Of a stretch of 64,000 nucleotides of DNA, positions 11,409 through 28,574 are shown one piece after another. Every line of letters starts with the position of its first letter. The first letter of the stretch is position 1. Source of the DNA: Utricularia gibba (taxonomy: Eukaryota; Plantae; Magnoliophyta); contig CM007990.1 in the NCBI GenBank assembly GCA_002189035.1, forward strand, positions 4,402,001 to 4,466,000, read 5' to 3'. The position numbers and the translations under genes were made by a program. The notes below the pieces were generated by a model. It was not told where the DNA came from, ran no database searches, and was given only the letters and a program-made list of their open reading frames with translations.

Positions 11409-13449
11409 GGAGATGATCTCTCCACTGCAGGACGGTCCACCGGAGATGTGGAAAACAACAAACGCAGAAAAAGTTTGTCGGGAAAACACATCCCTTAATC
11501 ACCCACGATAAGGAAATTATACTACAGGCCCTGCTTCCTCTGTCCGTCAATGCCTACTAAAAAGCTCCTCCTCACAAAAAAAAAAAAAAAAAAATCTGTG
11601 AATTTCGAGTGATTTCCCAAAATATAATATTTTATTGAACAATAATGCCCAATTCAGACAACCATATCCGGTAAAAGGCGACGTTGACCTTACTATTCAT
11701 TAAAAAATGCTTGCCTACGTCATCTGGAAAAAAATATTTCAACTCTCGGTAACGGATATCGATCGTCATGGGAAAAATAATTAAATACATTTGATAGATG
11801 ATTTTTTTATATTAAATATAATTAGGTATAAATGTTTGGACTATGATTTTAAATTCGTAGGAAATTCAGAACAAAACATTATATTTCTACAGTTTTAAAG
11901 AAAATAATTTAAAACTTAAGTTCGAGTATAAAATTTAAATGATATTTATCTTATACAATTATTCAAAATATTGGATGTTCTGAATATATTAATATATCTC
12001 GTAGTTCATAAATTGTATTTTATCTAATAATTTCGACGATTCAATGTTTAATTTATTTGAATAATTTGATATTTTTTCGATTCTAAATAGTCTATCGACT
12101 ATGAAGATTATTTCATACCTATTAACCTATTACAAAATGGATGCAAAAATATACTGTTCTTGATCCATTTTTTTTAGATTTATTTGGATTTTCTTTGGTT
12201 GGGGCACTAAAATCCAAAGGTGCAGGTTTGTTCGTTAGAGGCTTTTCCTGCTCGGTTGACAAAATGACAACCAATTATTTCACTGGAACAAGGAATTATT
12301 ACAACCACACATCATACAAGTCCACGCAATCCCTCTCGAGATTTTTGTTTTACAATGGATCCGACAATATTAAGTATTTGATAGATCGAATGAATACATG
12401 TAAAATTAAATATATAAAAAATATAAATTATATTAAAAAATATTAAAACTAACTAATTAATATTGATCTGTAATTTCTTAAATAATTATTGTTTTACTTT
12501 TAAATCCTCATATTGGATCTACGGGGTTGAACATGAACAAAGTTTGTGAAAAGACAAGCAATTTAATTATTTTCTATAATATTATTCTAAAAATATGGCA
12601 TTTCAATTTGTCCCATACTAAACGGACAAATCCAACGGCGAACGTAGCGTAAGATCGATCATAGTCGACGCTAGATGTTTCCGCCGCTGGAAACGAGATG
12701 CATGATTCGGGAAAAGCACGCGAGGCTTATCCGGGCATCGGCCCTGCAAATATTCAGACCGCATACGCCCCAATACGACAAAGTGTTTGATTTATTCCAC
12801 AATGTGGTCCACATGTCCTAATCGGATTAGTTTATTTCAGATAGGCACCGCTTGAATCAGCACGGTTGACATACTGTAAACATCCCGCCCTCTCCCCATC
12901 TGAAACTGTCTTTGGCCATATCCTACTGCTAAAAGCCACCACGGAAGGGGCTCCTGTTGACATCTTGTTCTCCTGTAATCGAAGATATGGAAGAGTGTTA
13001 TGGTGATTTGTGTGTTGGAATGAGTTTGGGGTTTAGGGTTTGGGATGAGTGTGCAACGTTTGGAGAGGACTAGAAGGTTGATTGACATGAGGGGGGAAGA
13101 GCCTTCCTGGTTGAGGAATGGCCCAGATGAATATTTTTCAGAAAGGCATTAGAATATTGCCCTATTCTCAACGCTATCTTCAACTTCCCATCTATTTATG
13201 CGTACACACCCCATGTTTCGAAAGCTTCACCCCATTTGGCTCTCTCTTGAAGAAGCTCTTGGCTTGAGAATTTCCTTCTTTCCATGCTGAATCCTTTTGC
13301 TCTCTGCGAAGGAATACAGCCATGATCAATACAGCAGTGCCCAGGTTGAGGTCCATGTTCGATTTAGCGTACGACAGAGGGTAGCTTCTCACAAGAAAGC
13401 ACAACAGAAACTGCTCTTTTTGTTGGTTTTTTTTGTTGTGTCACGGGAG

Positions 13450-13872
13450 ATGGAAGTCTTGAAGAAGAAGAAAAGTTCATCGATTCTCAATAAGCTGGAA
13501 AGGTGCTTACGGAAGAGTGCGGGCAAGGCCGCCGCCGCCGGGAGAGTCGCGCCGGCGGGATGCTTCTCGGTGTACGTTGGCCCGGAGAGGCAGCGGTTTG
13601 TCATCCGGACTAAATCAGCCAACCACCCCTTGTTCAGGATGCTGCTGGAGGACGCGGAGATGGAGTACGGTTTCAAGAACGACGGCCCCCTGCTAATCCC
13701 CTGCGAGGTCGACTTCTTTTGCAAGGTCTTGGCCGAGATCGTCGCCGGCAGCGGCGATCATGAAGCCCCGGTTCACCCCAATTGCGGCTCCTGCTTCAGC
13801 CCGAGAACCTCGACGTCGACGACTCGGGCTTTTTCCGGATCCTACCAACTGCTCCCGGGTCACGTTTACTAA
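13450..13872 (+). CDS. SAUR: Small auxin-up RNA (SAUR) protein, intronless, 140 aa
   Basis: APAGCFSVYVGPERQRFVIRTKSANHPLFRMLLEDAEMEYGFKNDGPLLIPCEVDFF is the SAUR core. ATG at 13450; the longer ORF-track start uses a non-ATG codon. Confidence 0.95.
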   Translation: MEVLKKKKSSSILNKLERCLRKSAGKAAAAGRVAPAGCFSVYVGPERQRFVIRTKSANHPLFRMLLEDAEMEYGFKNDGPLLIPCEVDFFCKVLAEIVAGSGDHEAPVHPNCGSCFSPRTSTSTTRAFSGSYQLLPGHVY

Positions 13873-15871
13873 AAGGGATCACGGAGCTTGTTCTTTGTTT
13901 CAATAATCCATAATTATGTTCCACTAATCACCTCTCTTCTCCACTAATCACCCTTTCCTCCAAAAACATGTTACACATTATATTATACAAAAATAATAAA
14001 TCTCCATTTCCTATTTAATCCTGTTTGAATATATTCCTTCAAAATATTTCTTGATTTCTATTTTTTAAAATATAAAATAATTTATTTAATAACAAACATA
14101 TATATTTTTTCAAATAGGCTCTTAATATACATGGGCATGGTCAACTTGAGGGCATCCCTCCCTTGCTTTAATAATTCACATTTTTTTTAATCAAATGTAT
14201 ATTCCCAATTGAAATATTATCAATGAAAATAAAAATAGTTGTAATATCATATAGTATATCGCACTTTGGGCAGTTTAGAATCGAAGAAATGAAATTTTTT
14301 TCAAACAAACTGAATGATTTTCATTACAAAGTACAACTTACCAACTATCAATCGATACAAGTACGAAAAATCAATGTTTTTAGTTGGTTAAAATTAGCAT
14401 GAATATATAACTAATCCATTACATGTTTTAAAAAATTATACAAGATAAGTTTTTTGTCTCAAATTTTATGAGTATAATTAAATGTATCTAGCTTTATTTT
14501 TTTAAAAAAAATTTACTGATAAAAAACACAAATAAATAATTAAAATAATTAAAAGAAATTCGGATTGCCGTTTATAGTCATGAACAGTAGGTTGGATTTT
14601 ATAACTTAATACTAAAAAAAGAATCTGATTGGTTACGTCAGCTTGCAAATTATTTTAGTTCCATTATTTCAGATGCAGTTTCCCTGGATGGTTTTATATA
14701 GAATGTGATGGATAGTCATCACTATTTATCCAAATAATATAATTGATTTTTAAATATTTTTTTATTTATTTTTACAATGTTAAAATTATGCATATTCGAT
14801 TTTTAAAATCAAATAAAACCAATTTCTACTATTTCAATAAATATTTTGACACAAATATTTTTTATTATTTATATTATGAAAAAATATTGATCTCCATGTC
14901 GAATATTAATTTCTATCTCTAATTTTATTTATTTAGAATTTAGTATTTAGGGTTTAGAATTTTGAATTTATTGTTAATATCGCTGGTTGTCGTCCCTCCA
15001 CCGCCATAATTCGAGTTGTACCCTTTTTTTATACGCATTATTTGAAGTACCTATATCCACGTAGGCCCATTTAAAAAAAGACGAGAACTTGGATGGACCA
15101 AATGGTGTCATTCGCATGGGAATTTTGATAGTTTTGGTTTGAATAAATTGTATGTATTTTGAATTTATGCTTTAAATTATGTAAAACAGAATTAATTTTA
15201 AAAATATTATAGAATTGAATATATTATATTATATATTATAAATTAATATGATAATATAAATATTTTCGAAAATATAAACATAAATAGTATTTTTTAATTT
15301 ATTCTTATTTAATAACTAAAATAGATATTTAGTAAATTAATAATTTATATAAAAATCTAAATTTGTTATTTTACTCTAAAATTATTATAGATTAAAATTT
15401 ATAAATTAAGCACAATTACTTTAAGAAATTTTATAAATGGAATAGGTACAAAGTTTTTTTGGCAATGAATTTTATAAAAAAAATGTTTTTTTATATTTAA
15501 ACTTCATATTTAATTTTAATTAAATTTGATTTGAATAGTTACACCTGTAATTACTAATTATACGGCAAGATCGATTATCAACAACACACGGAAGCCCGAA
15601 ACCCGCGTGCCCGGACCCGTGGCCCAGTCAGAGTCCAGTGAAAGTTCTGCAACGTTCTCGGTTCTTCCCCCGAATGGGGGCGACACCGGAGACGAATTGT
15701 TGAAGAAGAGGTGATTTTTAGTTTTACTTTATCGTTATGGCTGTAGGGCATCTCTCATGCGCTTAGGGTTTTTCTTCCGACGCATTACGGCTAGTGGTGG
15801 TGATGACGAGAAGCGGTTAGTTATGAATCATCTGTTTAAATATTTTCATCTGGTGTAGCTGCTTCATTGTC

Positions 15872-18800
15872 ATGGAGGCGGAGAGGGAGGATGTCGGGGA
15901 ACTTGAGCGGAGAGTACTGGATAAAGTGGGATGCGTCATTTCTCGTATTGACGATTCCAAGAACGTCGATGAAGTCATCGTAGCTTTACATTCTCTCGCG
16001 GTCTGCGTATTTCCTAGTCAACAGTGCTATGTGAATGAAAAATACAATGACAAGGTGCGTGTACATCATGTCTTTATGGGTTAAAAGAATGTCATCTCAC
16101 CGAAACTTACGGAACTTCATTTTCTTGCCTTAGTTAGGAGATGTAGAAGTTCTATCGGAAGATGAGAAAACTCGGTGGTGGAATGTCTTTTACAGAGGAA
16201 ACGCATTTCGAACGTTTTCTAAAGTTCTGCTATATGGTAACGTTTCATAGGATGTTTATTTTCAAGTTGAGGCAGTTTATGCCATTGTTTCCTTTTAACA
16301 GTCCTAAAGTTGTACGATCGGGTAGTTTTTGGGAAAAAAAAACCCAAAAGGTGAACTCAGAATCTTGTCCTTTAAAGTGTGAAGAAAATAAATTATAGAT
16401 TATTCTCATTGTTTGCAGATATTGCTAGTAATTGGCTAGCATCCTTTCCTGCTTCGGCTAGAAAACATGTTTATGATGTGTTCTTTTCAAGAGGAAGTGC
16501 GAGTGAGATAGTCCACGCCTTAGTTCCATGCCTACAGTGTAGTAGTAGTTCAGTTCATGATCCCTTTGCTGTATGCAAGAATGCTGAGAGGTATTTTTTT
16601 CATAATTTGAAATGCATAAAGCTTTCGTGGTTATTTATTTTGTTTATTTATGTTTCATTTTACATTTGGAGAAATTAGTGAGAATTGCTTTCTTGAACAG
16701 ATTAATTGAGCTGTGCTTTTTAAAGAATGAGATGTTGCGACAGATGGCTATAGAATTTGCCCACGGTGCTAAAGACCTTGACAGCGAACAATTAAAGAAT
16801 ACTATTTCCAGGGTTACACAGCTTGTTACATCTATTCCAGACAAAGCCTCACGAGGAGCTTCCTCCTGTCTCTCTGCACAGTATGTTCATCTGCTTCTCT
16901 ATGCATAGTTTGCCTTGTGTGTATGAGAATGTGGCTTCCATTATGAACCAGTATTTATTTATAATCGTACTCATCAGTTGAGGGTTGCTTTCCTTTAATT
17001 CTGTTAAAATGTCGTAGTGCACACTGTTTGTTCTGTTGTTTTCCGTTTTTATTGAACGAACATAAAAGGACGTGCCACTTAGTAGATCTGGCTTCCAAAG
17101 ACAAGAAACTAATGGAAGGGAACTGCTGTGGCCTATAAACTTAACCTTGGTCTCAAGATACAAGTGGAGCTTTTTTTATTTTAATTCCAATTTTATCAAC
17201 ACATAGCATGATTGTTTTCTGGTATTCTTGATCTTCCAGCATATTCTACAAAACGATCTGCAGTCAGCTTCTCCATGCTTTGGAGCAGTTGGATATGATG
17301 TCAGTGGGGTCATCTGTTAGCGATGGCAGCTACACATTTCATCCCACGTTTTTCTCTGGGCAAATGTTTGCTCGGATTTGTCGTCGAGGATCTGCTGGTA
17401 TTTTAAATTTATTTTGATTTCAAACTCTTTAATAGTGTTTCTCCACCAGATCTCATAATCTTGCAGATGTTTTGTTAAGCGAGGTGATTCCATGGGTCCT
17501 TAAGAAAATTAGAAGCATTGAAATATCATCGTCTGATGCTGATATTAAGGAAATATTTCAGTCACAACGTGGTTTGTGCATCTGGTTAAAGGTCATGGAA
17601 GCTGTAAATGATTCACATTCATTGCAGCGCATGGCTGAAGAGGCACTGCATCACTTGGTTATTCAGAATGTAAATGATGTTGAGGGCTACTGGGTTTTGT
17701 GGGTGCTTTTTGGTCGAATGTATGATCGCCATCTTTCAGTGAGGTGCAAAATTCTTTCTTTATTTTTTTTCTTTGTAGGATATTTAAATTTGCTGGTAGC
17801 ACTCAAGAATGTATTCATTATTTGGCACTGTTTAAACAAATTGATTATATATGATGTCTAAATTGATAATTTCTCGCATCATCTTGAACTCACACTTTTT
17901 GCATGGACACTTATTCATCGTATTTTCCTTGTCACAGTTCTACGAAATTTTTACATTTTTTGTTTCTGTGGCAGGTCTATCTTTCTAGAGAAATTTCTTC
18001 TCTGGAAAGTTTTTCCCATCTGTTGCCTGAGATGGATTCTTCACTTCGCTGTCTTTCAATGCTCACCTGAGTGTGTCACATTGGAACATTTAAAATACAG
18101 TTTTCTCCGTGAAACTGTGGAACGTCTTGTTGCTGTTTGGTCCAGAAAAGAATTTCTGCAGTCTTCTTCTACAGAGCAGCAAGCCTGTATCCTAAGTTAT
18201 TCACGTGTTGTGATTCTTTGTTTTTCGGTCGCTTGCAATAGCAGAATTGTAATCGAAATCCACTAAAAAAAAAGGAAAGAAAGCGTCATCATATGCGAAC
18301 ATGTGGTTTCTGCACACTAATACAGTGTTCCTTAATTTTGTCTAAAGATGTCACTGCTGCCTTAGGCCTTTGCCTGGAGAAGATGACCAAGGAAGATCTA
18401 GATGCAACAAAGAATGCTCTGCATTGTGTTCTACAAGGAATCAGTTGTAAGCATGATTATTTAGCTGGAGATATTCCGCACAGTTTTGTTTAGTAAGCTC
18501 ATCTCCCGTTTCAATCTCAAATTTTTCAGGTAGGTTGGAGAGCCCTACCTTTCTGATTCGGAAAATGGCCAGTACTATCGCCTTTGTATTCTCGAAAATA
18601 ATAACGCCTGAAAATCCTTTGTATCTCGATGACACATGTCAATATGAGACAGTTGACTGGGAATTTGGATTATCGACAAGCACAAAAGAACACCATCAAG
18701 CAGTCAAGAATCAATACAATGGACAGATTCATGAAAAAGAAACCTTGTCAGCTACAAATGCAAGAAAACTAGTTACAGCGAGGGAAGAAAAAAAGTCTTC

Positions 18801-20672
18801 TGGTACTGTGAAAGGTAAAAAGGAGTTGGCTTCAAAGATCATAGATCTTGATGAGATCACTGACCCAGTTGAACTGCATAAAAAAGCCAGTCTTGATGAA
18901 TACGAGGTGGAAAGTGATGGTGAGAATTCCGAGGCCTCAAGTGACGACTCATTACAGCCTTATGACTTGACAGATCATGGTGATGACCTGAAAAAAAAAT
19001 CTTTGAAGTTGGTTGATCTTGTCACAGCACTAAGAAAATCAGATGATTATGAAGCTGTAAGTTCATCACTACCTTGCTTCTGGTATGCAGCTGGTGTTGT
19101 ACATAGTTATTGTCTCTTTGTCTTATGACAAATACATGCAATAAAGCCTGAGGTTGATTGAGGGACGCCATCTTTTTTGTGTCGCTCATTGGTGCTTATC
19201 TTGTCTCATATAGAAATTTTGCTGGGCCACAAGGTCCATCATTGACCAATAAAATAGACATGCATCTTTGAACACTTCACATCATTGAGATTTGTCACTG
19301 ATAACAATGAACTTGATAAATATTTGATGCTGCCTCACTTTCAGGTTGAAGACGCCCTTGATGTTGCTGAGAAGCTTATAAGAGCATCACCAGATGAGCT
19401 GAGATATATAGCCAATGATCTGGTGAGAAGCCTTGTGTATGCTCGATGCTCTGAACTTGCTGCTGATGGAGAAGAAGAATCAGCAGAAGAAAAGCGGCAA
19501 AAGGCCCTGGTTGCACTGATTGTCACTTGCCCTCTCGAATCCTTGGATTGTCTTAATAAAGTCCTTTATTCGTCTACTCTGGACATCAGCCAGCGGATAC
19601 TGATCATAGATGTCATGACTAATGCAGCTCAGGAGCTTTCAAGTTTAAGAATCTTGACATCTGAGCAATGCCCAAAGCCCTTATATCATCATATTCCTCT
19701 GTAAATCCATGGTTCATCCCAAGTGACTCTGGCCCTGCTGGAGCAGGACAGTGGAAGGAAATTTCTTCAGGAAATTTGGTGAACTGGACTCACTCTTATG
19801 AAAGAGAACTTCCACTAAAAGCAAGTCATTCTACTACATCCAAGACCCTGCGGCAGAGCCTTGGATCAAAAACTTGGAGTAATTCTATGAAGTCTCGAAA
19901 CTGTTTTGTGGGATATGCTGCTGCATTTATGCTCCCAAGCATGCAAGGATTCGATAAAAAGAGACATGGAGTTGATTTACTTGGTCGAGATTTCATCGTC
20001 TTAGGAAAGCTCATCTACATGCTTGGTGTATGTATACAATGTGCAGCAATGCACCCTGAGGCTTGGGTTTTGGCATCACCGCTTCTTAATATGTTGCAAC
20101 GCAGGCATGATCCTTGTTTTTTGCTTTGTTACTGTTGACCGATATTCACTGTGCAACATGATGAATCCTTTTCTATTATTCCAGGGAGATATGTCGTCAT
20201 GCTGAAGCATGCGTCAGGAAGGCCGTCTTGTTTGCAGCTTCATCTATCTTATCAGCTCTTCATCCATCATATGTGGCTTCAGCGCTAGCTGAAGGGAACG
20301 TCGAAATTTCTCAAGGCCTAGCTTGGGTCCGTACATATGCTCTGCAGATAGCTGATTCAGATATTGACAGAGAATGCCACACGGTTAGGAACTAGTACTT
20401 TTAGACTCTTTTCCATGATTTGTCGCATTGCGAAACAGAACTCCGTCACGTAATTTGGCGAGTGTCATGGAACGGAACTTGTCCAAGTTTTCATGCTTGA
20501 ACTTGTCATGCAGCTAGCCATGGTGTGCCTCCAAGCACATTCCGAGATGGCTCTTCAGGCTTCTCGCAAGCTCCAATCCTCCTCCGAAGATGCATCCCTC
20601 ACCAAAACCATCACTCTGTCTCCAAGCATCAACTCCAACAGATCAATCAAGATCCCCCATTTAAATTCTTAG
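15872..20672 (+). CDS. TELO2: Telomere length regulation protein TEL2 homolog (TTT complex), multi-exon; one apparent 1-bp deletion near 19667
   Basis: Spliced exons give DIASNWLA, MFARICRRGSADVL, LLWKVFPICCLRWILHFAV, RLESP..LIRKMAS, DSLQPYDLTD, RASPDEL, EEKRQKALVALIV, GFDKKRHGVDLLGRDFIVLGKLIYMLG. Ends ...KIPHLNS* at 20670-20672. Confidence 0.92.
18187..18347 (+). other. U12-type GT-AG intron in TELO2
   Basis: Donor GTATCCTAA, branch point TTCCTTAAT at 18328-18336, AAG acceptor 11 nt later. Joins EQQA-Y-VTAALGLCLEKM in frame. Confidence 0.85.
20105..20184 (+). other. GC-AG intron in TELO2
   Basis: AG|GCATGA donor and CCAG acceptor join LLNMLQR-R-EICRHAE, matching the family length better than nearby GT donors. 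Confidence 0.65.
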
Positions 20673-21411
20673 GTCATCATCCATCTCTCAGCTTCTTTTC
20701 TTGTTTCTTTTTTCTGCAGTCTGTCACGGAATTACCAAACATGGAAGATTCACTGTACCATGTGATGTTAAACTGCAGATATACAGTGACTTTCGGTTTC
20801 CCCATGATATGCCGACCATCTGAACAATCTTGTCACCATGTGGTGCTGGAGTCATGGAAACGACAACTCTTCATGATAGTATCTGGAGTTAATCACAAAC
20901 AAACACTGAAACTTAGGCTTTTCATAACTTAATGAAGGGCGTTGCACTCTTTTTTTGCCCTTTACATGTTCATAGTGTAGCGCAGTTGATGTTATCCCAT
21001 CCATACCTGTCCATGTTCAAGGTGTTGTTTTCTCTTGGTAATTCGGATTGGGTACAAAATTCCGATAATATGATGATGTTGTATGTGTTCTACTTACAGA
21101 AATGATATTGGTCATTCTATGCTGAGATCTTACTCATATTAAGAGGGAGATTGATCCTTTTCCATAGGCCAATTTCAAGCATGAAATAGAAACAGAAAGT
21201 CTTCAATTGAGAATCAAGTTAACACTTTTATAGAAACATAGGATTGTGCAGTAGTGAGACTACCTCATTATTTCAAATTACCATCAACTGTGATCAACCC
21301 CTCTCTGTGATTCAGGTGAATTTGGTGCCATGATGCAGAAGACAAGAATTCTCTGAAGATCGAAAATGCCAAGATGCCATCCATCATATGCAAGGGCGAG
21401 CCTGACAGGAT

Positions 21412-21612
21412 TCAAGGAGCGCAAGCGATGCAAGCCAGGAAGAGAAGAGCTGAAGAAACAGCCTCCTCTTCTGAATCAAAGGTGCTTCTCTTGAACTTCG
21501 TAGCTCTGCTTTTGTTGCATTGAACAACCTGCTGTGGATATGGATGGCTTCCTTTCCTCGTTGCACCTTCCTTTTTCACCTCCTTCGGCGGTGCTTCTGC
21601 TCTGGAAACCAT
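21412..21612 (-). CDS. Uncharacterised 66-aa small protein ending FKRSTFDSEEEAVSSALLFLACIACAP
   Basis: ATG at 21612, a TATA-like CCTATAAAAC about 70 nt upstream, single exon. The C-terminus resembles a conserved plant small-protein family (recalled pattern FKRSS..EEDGASSAILLLACIAC). Confidence 0.7.
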   Translation of the reverse strand: MVSRAEAPPKEVKKEGATRKGSHPYPQQVVQCNKSRATKFKRSTFDSEEEAVSSALLFLACIACAP

Positions 21613-23360
21613 TCCTTTCACCAACGCAAACCCCACTGTATATTTGGCCTGGAAAACTGTGGCATGGATCCTGTTTTATAGGCCTCCAGCAGCCACTCAA
21701 CTCTGAAATGAATTTGGCTGCAGGGGCCACACGGTAAATTTGTTTCACCTAGGGGTAAAAAAAAATTGTTTTTTTTTTGTTCCACCCCATTCGACAAGCA
21801 TTGCACAAGAAAGCCATGGACATTACTCACCTGTCACATTTAGTAGTGCTTTTTGTTCCAAACCTCGATGTCGGGTGCATTTCATCTCGTTTAGTTCTAA
21901 AGAAGACACAAGACTAGAAAAGCGCCTGGTGTTTGTTTCTATACCTGGTGCTAGAACTTAACTTAGTTACCAGTATAATATTTTGTATATGATATCCATG
22001 TTTAACACTGTTGGATTCATAAGATTACAATTTTGTTCCCATGATTTCCAAAAGAATCAAATTAAAGGGATACTAGAGAATCTGAAACTAGGACACATCT
22101 AGAGAATGAGAAAATAAAAAAATATATCTTTTTTAAATATAGGTATAAAAAACTATTGGATTCATAAGACATTACTCCTGCATGTCTTGAGCCTCTCAAG
22201 ATACCAAGTCCATTTACTGCTGGAGGCATGCATAACTATAAAAGCTACTGGAGACTACTACATCATGGCATTCACATGTACATCATGATGCTCCTCTCAC
22301 CAAGCTAGCTTTTTTACTTGTGAAGGATAAAGTTGGATGGGGTGTTTTTCTTGTATTTTAAAATTAGAATTTATCAATCCAATCACTTGTGACATGTGTC
22401 GTGTTAACCAATGGATTGGGGGATGAGATATATTTAAATAGATGAATTCCATTAATTTTGTATGAGATTCTGTATACTGAAAAAAAAAAAAGTAAAACTA
22501 TACATATAAAATGTTTAAAATAAACAATATCATATAAAAAGAAACGTGGATCATAACATTTGGTATCGTAAGTAAACTTGAGTACATGCCAATGATGGGA
22601 CAATGAACATTCAATGAAAATGATGAAGGTTTAAGTAGGAGAAAATTTGAGATTCATGATTTGAACAATATTCAACATTAATTACGTACAAGAAAAAAGA
22701 TATGCTTAAATAGAAAAATTATTCTAATTTTGTACAAGAGACAAAAGATATATTTAAAGCGTATAATATCATATAAGGATAGACATGATTTATGATATCT
22801 AAACTTATTTTTACCTACATAAATATTTTAGAAATATTGTTTATTAAATTGCCGGTAGATGTCACGTTTAGATGATGTTACAAGTCCAAGGCGTAACCAT
22901 TTGTTGTTGTATCCCGATCAATTATGCAGCTCTTGCATCCCCTAAAAGAGAACAAGATGGTTGTATTGATGTATTACAGTTTGCTATTTTTGGAAACAAG
23001 GTTACATCATTTCCAGGTTTGAATTGTTGATGTGCTCTCCCCGTGCCACGTGGATTCAAGGTGCTTATTTTTTATTTTTTGGGAAAAAAAAATTACTTGA
23101 ATTTTGTTTCGTCACAGACGAGGATTGAACTCGGGTACTGCAGCATAATAGTGTTCGTGAACTCGTTTTCTTTGACGCTTTTACCCTGACGGTTCGGTTT
23201 CTGTTTGCGATTCCCATGGCGATTTCTCGGTCGTCGAAGCGATTCCGGTCAGCGTCTCCTCTCAATCTCGCGTGCGCTGTTCTATTGTTGTAGATAGATA
23301 GTTCAAAGTCCCGTCCTCGGGATCGCAAGGATTTAGCGGGCGTCAAACGTGGACTTACAG

Positions 23361-27962
<4,602 letters not shown>

Positions 27963-28574
27963 TTCATTCCTCCCTGCATCCGCTCCGGAGTGTCGCAGGC
28001 TCTATTCTCGTATACAGCAGGTCATATACTCTTCCCTTTCATTCGTTGTTGGGTTGAATCAGCAATCAGCTGCAGCAGCATGTATGCCATGTGTGTTTCC
28101 CCTTTCGTTTTTCTAAATGGTTCTTGTTGGACTGTATTTTATTTGTCTTGTCACGCCCACATGCTACTTTACAAATGTTATTTTACAGAATTCATGGTGA
28201 AAGTTAGAATTCAGGGGATTTTGGGCATGCATTTTTTAAATTCTCAAAAAATGGGAATATAAAATATATTTTTATTTTATAATTAAAATGAGAATGTGAA
28301 TATGTTACTTAAAAAAAGAATGTGAATGATCATTAAAATGAATTGATGTCTTGTAATTAAAAAAAAATTGTAAATGATATATATAAAATATATTTGATTT
28401 CAAATTTATTGAAACCTTAAAAATAGAAGCCTGAACTAACGAGGGGTTGAATGATTAACCCTGCAGGCGTGTCTGTCTATTAATGGATAATTATAATCGT
28501 CAGAAAATAACTTCCGTCATCTTCTTCTTCCTTCTGTTCCCGCGAGTGCAGCAATCGGCGCGAAGGGGGCGCCA

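Noticed and set aside
7941-11511. Long antisense or alternative-frame ORFs over GLOX and GH17 (for example 10414-11073, 10909-11511)
   Set aside because: Shadow ORFs of GC-rich coding sequence with no recognisable motifs.
13297-13449. N-terminal extension of the SAUR ORF in the ORF track
   Set aside because: It starts at a non-ATG codon and reads through 5'UTR-like sequence; the first ATG is 13450.
13921-13960. Two-copy 20-bp repeat CCACTAATCACC... and a similar 19-bp doublet near 41320-41355
   Set aside because: Simple local slippage duplications with no spacer structure; not CRISPR-like.
14930-14970. Degenerate telomere-like TTTAGGG/TTTAGAA words upstream of TELO2
   Set aside because: Only one exact unit in AT-rich DNA; the proximity to TELO2 is probably coincidental.
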